Shown: positions 52,860 through 64,000 of the stretch, in pieces
Numbering within the stretch: position 1 is the first letter of the stretch
Layout of the letters: every line of letters starts with the position of its first letter
Assembly (NCBI GenBank): GCA_023231475.1
Contig: JALJEE010000635.1
Location: 1-64,000 of the forward strand
DNA: 64,000 bases
DNA from: Seison nebaliae
Taxonomy: Eukaryota
Direction of reading: 5' to 3'
Position numbers and translations under genes: made by a program
The notes under the pieces: generated by a model
What the model was told of the DNA's origin: nothing
Databases searched by the model: none
Seen by the model: the letters and a program-made list of their open reading frames with translations, nothing else

Positions 52860-53104
52860 GATCCGGACGACGACGAAGAATCGGAAGATGACGAAGAGGA
52901 TGAGGAAGATGGAGAACGACGTCGTCGTATTCTCTTTTGGAGATTCTTCTTTTTCAACACGGAAATCTTCCCATTCGACGTGTAATTTAATGGTTGATGA
53001 TTTGCTTGAAATGCTCGATCAGCTTTGCCATTTGCCATCAAATCGTCATCGTCGGAACTCAAAATAATTTTGGAGAAACCATTAGTTGTAGCGCGATGTA
53101 CCAT
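50257..53104 (-). CDS. TOP1: DNA topoisomerase IB, 5 exons
   Basis: '[14 protein letters not shown]', 'LRAGNEKD', 'FDFLGKDSI', spliced 'KVFRTYNAS', 'AILCNH', active-site 'SKLNYLDPR'. Confidence 0.97.
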
Positions 53105-54185
53105 TGCGTTTGAAGGAAAGAACTATTTTGGTTGGGGGCGGGTGGACTGAGAGAAGCAAATTAATTTTCTTTCTTCTTCTTCCTCCCGTACACACTAACA
53201 ATATTTATGTTTCTCCCAGATACAATCTTTATTTATTTATTTTATATAAAAAATAAAATAAATATTAAGAAATTAATTGAGATGAATCAATTCGCTCCAT
53301 TCTCTTCCCATTTCCACTTCCACTCATATTCTCCAATATTTTTCTTATTCAAAACTTTAGCTTCAAACAACAACTTTGATCACTTTATAATTTTCCTTCT
53401 CTTTTGTTTGTTATTTGTACATTTCCGTCGAGTTTCCCAACTAAACTTATTTTGTCCATTATTACAATCCGCTACTATTATTCGAGTGTAAATGCGTACG
53501 AGTCTAATCGTCTTCTCCTCTCACTTGAACGAGGAAATGAAACTGAATTTTATTACACTCGACAACCAACAACAACATCACTGCGACGACTTTCTTTCAA
53601 ATAATGTTGGAATAATTTCAAAATTTACACACTTAAAACTACTTACTTAAAAATTAACTATTGGACAAAGTTGAATTAATTAAAATAATTTTATGAATGA
53701 ATTTTTTCAAAATTTCCTCTCCACTCCAAATTTGAATTAAAGATAAATGAATTAAAATTTAATAGAATTTAATATTTGATCTCAGATTCGTTTGAATATT
53801 TTCGTTTGTAATTATTCACTTTCACTACGAGAGTGGAGAGATAATATAATTGAATTTTGAGGATCGGAAGAGATCAGAAGAATGATTTGATTAATTATTA
53901 TGAAAATATGGATTGATGGAGGGGGGAAATTTAGTCGTTTGGACTGGTAAGTTGCCTATTGTTCATTCAACCATCACAAAAATGGAGAAATATGTGATAC
54001 GGTCATTGAATCGTCATTCGGTCATGCTTCTTATGTCCATTCATTCACTTCTCAAATACTCTCATTAATATCCGTCTTTTTCTCTGTCTGTTATATCTCT
54101 CCCCAACAATTGATGATAATCGTTTTGAACGATTGCATAATAATCCATAATTCTCATTAGAAATTGAGTTGAAATATATATTCAA

Positions 54186-57025
54186 ATGATGTTCCCAGCA
54201 CAACCTGCTCTATCGATGACTGAATTGGCATCGCAATCAGGAATGCCATCTTATCTCTTCCAGAATTCGACCATTATTAATGATCCGAAAATACAATCCA
54301 ATTCCGCCATCTCTTCCAGTCATGTTCAGACGATTAATCGCAATAAATCCGATTATTATTATCCCCTTCCATCCGCCCGACCACAATCTCAACAACTCGT
54401 TAACAAATCGAAACAACTCGCTCAAAATTTGCGAAGTTTGGCCGCCGAAAATATGACAGGTCGAGTAGTTTGTAGTGACCCCACCGAATTCCGTAAAGCA
54501 CATCCCAGTCTAATGAATGAGGGACCACACGCCAATAATTGTTTAGCGCCGAGTGAGATTTATTTGTATAGGAAACTCAATCGTCAAGATCATCATACGG
54601 AAGAATATCAATTTAATCGTCTCATTATCAGACGAGGTGATAAATTTCGAATAGGAATCGTATTGAATAAAGATTTCGATGGTGAGAAAGATTATCTCCT
54701 CATACAATTTGCTACTGGTAGTCGACCACTTTCATCTCAATCGACTCTTATTCGGTTACCGGTCAAATCGACAGAAGTCGAAGAACAAGGATGGAAATTA
54801 TCAACTTTCTCTTATGAGAAAGATTCGAAATTACTCCAACTCGATATTACTCCCTCTGTCAAATGTAACATTGGGAAATATCAGTTGTATGTGGAAACAC
54901 AATCGTTACCAGATAAAGATTCGAAGAATTTGAACGATATTCGATCTCATCGTTTCCGTTATGCGGAAGACATTTACATTCTCTTTAATTGTTTCAATGA
55001 GAACGAGGAGACATATTTACCCGTCTCTGAAGCACGAGAAGAGTATTTGAAAAAGACGTTCGGTCACATTTTCATTGGTCATCAATCGGCACCACAAAAA
55101 CGATTTTGGTATTTCGATCAATTCGCTTTCGGAGTTCTCGATACAGCGCTCAATCTTCTCGATCAGAGTGGTCATCAATCACATTCACGATGGAAATGTG
55201 ACACGGTAATTAATACGATCAATTCTCAAATTGTCGCCACTCACCAAAACCATCAGGGTATGATTCTGGGAAAATGGCATCAACATCATCAGACACATCC
55301 CAATTCCACTTCATCCGATCCCTTCCAAGTGAATTGTGCGGCGGAGATAATTAAGAATTTCTTCAGAATTGGAAAACCGTTTCGATATGGAAATTCCGTT
55401 ACTTTCGCTGCCGTTCAAGCCACTCTCTTACGAGCTTTGGGTGTTCCTTGTCGAATTGTCACAGGATTCAATGTGGCACTTGATGTACTAGAAACGAATC
55501 ATGCGAGTAATATTCATTGGAATCGAAACGGAAAATTATTGAGAGCTCTCAATGTCGATACGATTGCTATGTATCATTGTTGGAATGAGATTTATTTGAA
55601 TGGGGATTGGAAGGCGGTAGATCCGATGCCACATCTCGGTTGTAATCAATCCAAACCTATCGATGTTAATGAGAGGAATGGAGAGAAATTCCAACGAATG
55701 TTAAACGGAACTGAAGCGAATTGGCTAGTGGAAAATAATGGTAATGTCAATCTCATAAGTTATTAATTAAAAATTCTTAAATTTTATTTTATTTATAAAA
55801 TATTAATTAAATTAATTTTTATTTAAAAAATATTAATTAAATTAATTTATATTTTATTAATAATCAATCATTAAATTAATTCATTTTTTCATGATTTAAA
55901 GATGTGAATAAGGAAGCGTTAGGTAGCAAAATTATAACATCGTCAATCGATGACGAAGTAGATCCAATCGATTTGACGGATGAATATAAATCGAATGAAA
56001 CATCATTTGATGATAATCGATCGTTATTACGACGATTGAGACAGAACGTTAATGACGACGACTCTGACGATGATAATGACGATGAAATAAATCAATCTCA
56101 AATTTCAGCAACTGCAACTCTCCCATTAGCGCCTCATGTCAATGGTGAGAATATCAAAGTTTACAGGATTTTATTTTTCCGTTTTTTTTTTCAATTTTTT
56201 TCCGTTTTTTATCAATAGATCGAATGTGAAATTAAAAATGAGAGCGACGAGAATAAGACTGTGAAAGTATTCTGTCAACCAGTCATCTGTTTTCCGACTG
56301 GTGTCCCATTTCTTCATTTGAAGCCTAATCAAGAAACCGTCGAAATCGAATCAAATGGTTAATATTTCCATCAAATCTGATCTATTGTCATAATATCTAT
56401 ATTGTGTGTATAGAGGAAGAGAAGAGAACATTCATCACTTCACTCTCACAATATGGGGAGAACACGATGTTCTTGAATCGACAAGAATGGTTGATCAGAT
56501 ATATAATTCTTTTCCATAATCCGGAACATGATGAATTTCTTTCACACACTCTATCCACCACTTTCATTTATCCATCGAAGAATTTGTTAAGAGTTCGCCA
56601 TCCCAATTTTTCTCTTAAATTTCATTCAAATTCCTCATTTATTCCACCATTAGACGGTAATGGATCGAAATAAACATTCGAAGGAAAACGGTGGACGATT
56701 AAAAGTCATCGTTTACAATTCATTCAAAGATCGTTTGCCGTTGACGAATGTGAAAATTAGTTTGTTGGGACTGAAAGAAAGAGGCGATAATAAAAACCGT
56801 TCAATGGCTTTAGGGTTCATTTTCCTCTCATCATTTTCATAGAATTTCATTTAATTCTTTTTTAGACGTCCATTGGATCATGGTCAGAAAGCGGAAATAT
56901 TCCTACCATTACCTCCAAAAGAATCGGACGAACAAACGAAATTGTTGTTGACGATGAATTGCGATCAGATTGGAACGTATTCCAAATATATATATTTATC
57001 AAAAATGAGTGAGAAAATCGATTAG
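54186..57025 (+). CDS. Transglutaminase/annulin-like protein, catalytic Cys replaced by Ser; 6 exons
   Basis: N-terminal 'LIIRRGDKF', core 'YGNSVTFAAVQATLLRALGVPCRIVTGF', 'YHCWNE', 'WKAVDPMP'; introns at donors 55759, 56159, 56358, 56593, 56815; stop 57023-57025. Confidence 0.85.
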
Positions 57026-57647
57026 ACGGAAGACGAATCATCATCTTTCTTCTAAAAAGAATAGATTAGTTTCTATTTCCATAATACTTCTCTCGAACAA
57101 TCTCTCTTCAAAACAAAATTTCTCTTCTTTACTCTCATTTTTCTTGTTCGTCTGAAGAAGTTTTTCTTTTTTAAATTAAACAAAAATAAAAATGATAAAA
57201 TTATCAAATAATCACATTCCATCATAAATAATTTATTTTTATTGATGATTGATGAGAATTGATTATTATTATTATTTAATGAAATTTCCGTCGTGATAAA
57301 TTAGAAGATAAATTTAAAAATTTTAATTCTTCATCAATGTTGATGAAAGTGGTGGAAACTCCGTAAGAGATTTCCGATCGATTCTCAAAAATCAATGTGA
57401 GAGTCAGAGTCGTAAGAGAAAATTGAAATTGTTAAGGAGAATACGATGTAGTAGATCATAATAATAACGAGTTTATCACATTCTCTCCGTACAAATTTCA
57501 TATTGTCAAATTAACGACATTTGTAATTTTGACGGTTATAAAAATGAGAAGGAAATGGAAATGATTCGAAAAAATTATTTTTTATTTATTTTAATTCGAA
57601 CAATTTATTATTTTCATTTTCGTCCACTTCAACTCTACTATTGGATT

Positions 57648-58148
57648 ATGGTGCTAAGAACAAGATCGAAACATCGAAACAACGACAGTCAAGAAGAGAC
57701 AGATAAAGAATCGTCTGACGATAATACGGAGACAATTTGTGAGAATCAAGATGAGAAAGTGGAATCGAAGAATTTTATTTCTATCAATCCCAACGATTTA
57801 TGTAAACGTCCCGCTAACTACACATTTCCACCACCCTATGATAATATAGTGCGGACTTCATTATCAAATTTCGACGAGTTGGAAATTTATCGATCTTTAG
57901 GAAATTTGACAGCAATTACGGAGAATGAGAAAAGTAAATTAATATGGACGCCACCGCCAGAAGAGAGTAAAAGATCGATGGAAACTTCTTGTTGTTCTTT
58001 CACTACTGACACATCTCAATCGACGAATCGTATAAAGGAATGTGAACGACACGATAGGAAAATGATGGAAGAATTATTGAAGAATTTAAATATTCCACAT
58101 TCAACTCCAGCTAAACGTATGAGTTTAATTAATCATTTATTTAAATAG
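57648..58148 (+). CDS. Hypothetical protein
   Basis: Open frame with protein-like composition (MVLRTRSKHR...), GC higher than flanks; no family recognised. Confidence 0.45.
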   Translation: MVLRTRSKHRNNDSQEETDKESSDDNTETICENQDEKVESKNFISINPNDLCKRPANYTFPPPYDNIVRTSLSNFDELEIYRSLGNLTAITENEKSKLIWTPPPEESKRSMETSCCSFTTDTSQSTNRIKECERHDRKMMEELLKNLNIPHSTPAKRMSLINHLFK

Positions 58149-58213
58149 AATTGATTTCTCGTCAAAAGAAAATAATTTCGTTCGTTCTCAAATAAATTCG
58201 TGGGAAAATATAA

Positions 58214-59787
58214 TTAATGTAGAATTAATCCGACCTGAATTCAAATCAAAATTAAATTGAACTTAATAAAATTTTCGAACTTTCTCTTTGGGAATTGGTG
58301 CACATCGCCAATTGTACAAATAGTATTGAAGTGCTCCATCACCACGACCGAATTTGAGTTCTTGTAATAAAGTCTCATTAAATTCGCCATGATCCAACAC
58401 GTTGAAAACATCCACTCCATCCTAAAACATTCAAATAATTTTTGAATTACGAAAAAAATTTGAAAAAATTTGAAAAAATATCGAATGAATTTTCAAACGT
58501 TTTTAGCGAATGTCAATACGTCTTGTAACAATTCTTTCATTGTCAACGTGTTCGCCACTTGTTGGAATGAGTAGGCGGCGATGATACTGTCATGTTTCTG
58601 ATTATCGACACAAGTTGATGGTAAGAAATAATATGAAGCGAAATCCGTTATTTTTCCATCATTATCCTTAATTCATTATATAATTAATTAAAATAAATTA
58701 ATAAAAATATATACTTTGAGAACATAAGAATGAATGACATCTTTGATGGGGAGGAACCAATGTTCGATTTCTTCCTCCGTATAAATGGCGGCAAGATTCA
58801 TTTCTTTTAATTTCTGAAAAGAAAAATGGGAATTGTAAATAATAATGTGTATAAGAAAAGAAATAGTTTGTGGAAACGTTGTTCATCAATATCTTTACTT
58901 CTTCCACTTCTTTCTTCTCGAATTTGGACCAATTGTGTTTCGGTTCCTATTCCGACGATTGAAATTTCGAATAAATATAATGAGAACTTCGGGCAATTTA
59001 TGGAGACGAATGTGTTGACTCATCGATAGATTAGGACGAACGAACGAAAATTTCACCTCGATCAATTTCTTCGGATTAATACTTCGATGCCAATAACTAG
59101 AAATGGTGACGATGATGGAAATGATAAATGAAGAATGTGAAATGAACGTGCATTTACTGACTGGCGTCGGGAGGACAACTCCAGCAGTGTAGACACTATG
59201 GAAGATACCGGCGATATTTAATCGTCTAGTAATCTCTCGAATTAGAACTGGAACAAGTCGCATTTTCCTTAGTGCTTTGTGCACACAAAGATAATTAATT
59301 TCGCTGCTATGCAATTCGTCATTATATACTCGAATTTTCGCCGGAATTCCCGTTATGACACCCACCAATTTATCACCTTCTTTACGACGAACGGCCAAAT
59401 GCCATTTCTTACTCCATCCTGGTGGTGTTAATGACCATCGAAGGAAATTTTTCGAATATCGAAATCGGAATAATGATTCATGATCTTCCACATAATGATC
59501 CGCCAACAATTCGTAGAGATCATTCATCTCCTTCTCATTATACACGTCCAATTCAGCCCATTGGTAAGTGGGCGGGAGGGGGAGTGGAGTGGAGCGCACA
59601 TCTTTCTCCCCCTCAATACTTTCACCTTCGATCTTCACATTTTTCAATTCATCGCTGGTCTGCGGAACAGGTTGTGTCGACCAGAAGCGCCAATCATTTG
59701 TCCTGCAAAACGACAAGAGAGAATCTCTCCAGTAATTCCTTCAAATGAACAGAGAGAAGAATGTGGTAACGATTTATCATTCGACAT
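58214..59787 (-). CDS. NMT: Glycylpeptide N-myristoyltransferase, 8 exons
   Basis: Spliced [19 protein letters not shown], 'HYVED', '[12 protein letters not shown]', '[11 protein letters not shown]', 'DVFNVLD', '[16 protein letters not shown]', C-terminal 'VGLILH*'. Confidence 0.95.
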
Positions 59788-60703
59788 ATCTCGATCGATC
59801 TGTGGCTAATCGTTGTTAGTGAAATGTTCAGAAAAGCATCAAATTTTGTGAAAGCAAGCCAAATTATTGATTGAGAACTAAATTGAAATTTTTCTTCGTT
59901 CACTTCTTTTATGGTCGAATGCTGTTGTCATTGAAGCAGAACATGATCGGCCCAACTCCTTCAAAATCTCGTCTTTCCTCTACCATTTTATGACTTTGTA
60001 GAATTTATTTCATTTCCTCACCAAAACTCTCCCTCCTACAACCGTTAAATACATTCCTTATCATTATTAATATATTCCATTTTAATACCATTAATACTGA
60101 CAATTAATCATCGTCAAATTACTGGTCATTTATTCATTTAATTAAAATTGACGATAATTGATACGGATGATGATAATCAAAGTAATAAATATTAATATAA
60201 ATTAAAAAATACAAAAAATTCGTTATTTTAGACAATTAGTAAATTTTCAATCTGTTAAGTTCCTATTTTCCATCCATCACTTTACAATACGGAACGTTTG
60301 TGAAAAACTAAAAAAAAAAACAATTTCGATATCATAAATTAGAATTAACTAAAAGAAATTCGATATTTTAATATCTCAATTTTTCTCTTAAGACTTTAGG
60401 GAGAATATTTGGATGGAAATTCTTATTTTCTTCTTTTTCATTAAGTCGATAATTTGATGGAACTAAAAAAATTGAGAATTAAATTTAAACTGATGAAAAT
60501 AGAATGAATTATAAATTTGAAAATTCGATTAATATTTAATTATAGTGGAATATTATAATTAATGTCATAATATTATTATATAAAAAGGATTATGCGAACG
60601 TTTCTTCGAATGGAAAAGGATATGAATCGAATGAATTTATTTTAGTTTCAATTTCCTATTTAAATTCAAAATGGCAACGCGAACCACTATATTATGGTAG
60701 ATT

Positions 60704-62043
60704 ATGATAAGAAGAATCATGTGGTATTATCGATTAGGAGATAAGCCTAACAACGCCATTGTCCATCTATTCGTCATAATTTTATTACTGCTCATAATGT
60801 TTTTGTGTTATTTGGAGGATGTACAATTGACCGAATCCTCTCAATTCCACTTGAACAGTCCAATGGTCTTCCCTTACTATTATCAAGCGGAAACTATAAA
60901 TAGAATGAAAGCAGAGAACATGAAGAAATGGAAGGACGTTCGGGAGACATTGAAATATTTGATTCCTTCAATGAACGATTTTTGCTCATCTGAAAACATC
61001 ACTAATCCAAAGACCACCATCGAGAAATTGTGGATGGATTTGGTGAGAAATAAAACATTTCGTTTCTTATCGAAACACGAATGGGAAACGATTTTCCTAA
61101 AAATTGCTGAACATGAAATTTATCCAACCAACGTCTTCTTAAGAGAAGGTTTCTTATTAAATTTGAAAAGTGAATTGAGAATGGGAGACCGGAAATTTAG
61201 AAGGATTTATTTCTGGTTAGACAATTTAATTTTTGAAAAACACATGTCAATCAAATGTACCTTCATATGGTTAATACGACTCAATTACTTGTCTTTTATC
61301 GCACCAAATGAATTCTCCGTCAAAATCATAGTTCATTTTCGTAATTTTTTCACTTCCTCTATATCTGATAACAGATTCCGGTTTTTTCGAAAACGAACGT
61401 TCTCAATAATTATTTCATACTTCATCGATACGAAACGTCGAAAGAAATTGGACGATTTACTGAGAAGAAATTGAGGATTAATTCGTTGAAGAGGCCGAAA
61501 GTTTTCTTGGTGAATCTCCGACAAAATTTCACGTCGTCACTCCCGAAAGATTTTGGATATCCAATTTTTTATTTGGAAAAATATTTCAATGAGAATGAAC
61601 GAAAATTAAATTTCGCTACCAAAATCATTTTGTTCCTCAACAAAATCGTTCATACTTACGATCTCGTTCTCTTCACCAATACAATAAATGTCACTAAACC
61701 ATTTTACGAGAGAGACGGAACGATGAAGGACATGTTCAGTGGAATTTATTTCGTTTATGGGAACAGAAACGTGGGAAATTTTGATGTGGAAATGGCGAAA
61801 TGTTTACCACAATTCTCCTATTTATTCAAAACCTATCGATACTCTTATCATGAAATCCATCATATATTCATGAAAGACAATTTGCTACTTCGACTAATTA
61901 TGAGAATAACAGCGTCCTTTCTATTCAGTAGTCCATGTGGCACAGTCGGTAAATTATGCAATGAGAAGAAGGTGTGTCTACCATTCGAATTGATGACTTT
62001 GGATGTTGTTACTCAATTCTTCAAATTTAATAATTTAAATTAA
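60704..62043 (+). CDS. Hypothetical type II membrane protein, 2 exons
   Basis: N-terminal TM 'AIVHLFVIILLLLIMFLCYL'; a GTTCAT...AACAG intron (61331-61374) joins ORF 60704 in frame to ORF 61471. Confidence 0.55.
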
Positions 62044-62419
62044 AATTAATAAATTAAATTATTTAATAATAAATAATAATATTAATTAAATTAAATAATT
62101 TAAATTCATTTTCTTCCATTCCCACATTATTTTTCTTTCATTACTTCTATCTCACTTCCATTATTTACGCATAAGTCAATTTCCATCAAAATATCATTGA
62201 ATGTCGTTGAATGAAACAATATTGAAAAGTTATTTGAAAAGATGTCATGAGAATCGTTTATCGTTTATTTTTAACAAATAAATGATGATGATTTATGTCT
62301 CATCCAGTTTATGTGAGAAAAAGATTGAAAAGATGATATGTGTGATGGTTTTCAGAGAAGTCAGAATACTAATATCGGTGTTTATAAAACCATTAATTTT
62401 CGAGACGATATTGGCAAGA

Positions 62420-63306
62420 ATGATAAAGATAAAGCATTTATTTTTCCATTTTATTTTTTTGGTATTAGTTTCTAATTCCGTTTTTGATTATGATCTACTT
62501 ATAATTAGTGGGAGAGGAACGGAAATGTGTTTAATGCTTCAATGTGCCAAACCGAATGTAGAAAGAGTACTTTTCTGTCAACAGCAATAGTGAAATTTAT
62601 TATTTTTTCGTGAAAAATCTTCTACAACCTCTTTCCATTCAGTGGTCCAACTATTCATTATTGTGCCGAACAGGAAGTTCCACATTATTTTATTGAAATA
62701 TTTTTACGTTTATAAGTAGATTATCGATATGTTTTCACCGACTCATTATACCATAAACTGCGATTTGCGTTCAAATAATTCGGAGACTCCAATTCAAGTT
62801 GTCAGATATAAATATGCTCAATGTTCGTTTTCTTTTGTTATCAATAAACATCAACGAATCGACAGCGGTCAGAGGTGTGATTTCCAGTTTGGAACATGCA
62901 CAAAATTATGACACGATTTGTTTATTAGTGCTCTTTATTGTTGGACCGCATGTGTATTATATGAACGGCGAAGACGATTATTATTTCTTTCCAAAAAATG
63001 TTAAATATTTCTCCGGAGATTTTAGATATTTGAAATTTTTCTCTTAGACATCGGTTGATTTAGGTTATAACATGGCCGATTTCAAGGTAACGACTACTAC
63101 CACCAGTACAACAACAACTACCACAACAACGACAACAACGATAACTACAACTACGACTACTACGACAACAACGACAACTACAACTACGACTACTACTACA
63201 ACTACAACGACGACAGCACCGACAATTCCCGTAACAACCACTTATTCTACCGCAATTCCCAAGTTCGTTTTTAATTTACATTTTTTTTTGGTTTAGACAA
63301 ACATGA
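62420..63306 (+). CDS. Putative multi-exon secreted protein with poly-Thr (mucin-like) tail
   Basis: Hydrophobic start, Cys-containing fragments between short intron-like gaps, and a ~40-residue Thr run encoded by mixed ACN codons (~63090-63215). Boundaries approximate. Confidence 0.35.
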
Positions 63307-64000
63307 CAAATTTGTTTTTATCATTGTCCTTATGATTGTTACGGTATGTACATTACAATTGGAATCGATTAATGTCCGTTGTATCATGAGAACTATCATA
63401 AAATTCTGATCTGAATATTTTCATTAACATATCCTGATAAGTTTTCTGCTTTATTTTAAAGACTTGAATATAATACATTAAGAGGAAAACTTTCCATTTT
63501 GTGGAAACATTCCGTACAGGCTCATGTTCTTTCATAATCTTTATCTTTTTAATATTAATGTTTTAATATTCAAATTGTAAATTCATTTTCGATATTATTA
63601 TTAACAATAATATTTCCAACATTCTAATGCATCTCTTGTTGGAGATTCTTGAAATTCTTGAAATTGTTTTATTCTTCCTCAATATTATTAAACAGTTCTC
63701 CACCGGTCTTCAAAACCGTGTGGTCGTTATAAAATTTTCGTATGAATATTCTCCAAATATTTCTCACTGCTTATAATTCGCGTATAGCTAAAATTATTAA
63801 TTGTTTCATCCTGTGTATGGAATAAAAATTTAGTTTTCGGTTGAAAATAATAGGTTCAACTTTTTTATCCATCAATACGATTTCCGAAAATTTCTCTTAC
63901 GTATGTAGTAAGTGAGAATGAAAAGTATATTTCATGAATATCACCAAACGACACAAAGAGCCCTATAAGAAATGACCTCCTATAATAATGGCTAATCATA

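Noticed and set aside
1..64000. Alternative genetic code or stop read-through to explain fragmented ORFs
   Set aside because: Breaks are explained by short GT-AG introns that restore frame and motifs; long exons translate cleanly with the standard code and use TAA, TAG and TGA as stops.
63350..64000. Possible decayed gene or transposon fragment at the window end
   Set aside because: Only a 60 aa ORF and broken frames; no recognisable motif.

Overview
AT-rich eukaryotic (metazoan) genomic DNA from a compact genome with short (~35-70 nt) introns, tight convergent gene pairs and many coding trinucleotide runs; no prokaryotic features, CRISPR arrays, rRNA or recognisable tRNA. About 20 protein-coding genes can be built by hand: SPEF2-like, TM-RING protein, Cip/Kip CDK inhibitor, stand-alone trehalose-6-phosphate phosphatase, type II membrane trypsin, Quaking/STAR, Tctex-1 dynein light chain, IscU, CRIM1-like, 5-HT1-like GPCR, RING-less BARD1-like, ATP8A flippase, MSP/VAP-like, topoisomerase IB, a transglutaminase homologue lacking its catalytic Cys, N-myristoyltransferase and several unknowns. 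The most striking signal is the splicing code: 36 of 37 introns placed by reading-frame continuity begin GTT rather than the usual GTA/GTG, with little conservation at +4 to +6, suggesting a rewired 5' splice-site recognition system. Also notable: an unassigned multi-stem structured RNA candidate with an Sm-like site (47824-48138) and a long palindromic element at the window start. The species cannot be determined from the sequence; exon boundaries are manual inferences without transcript support.
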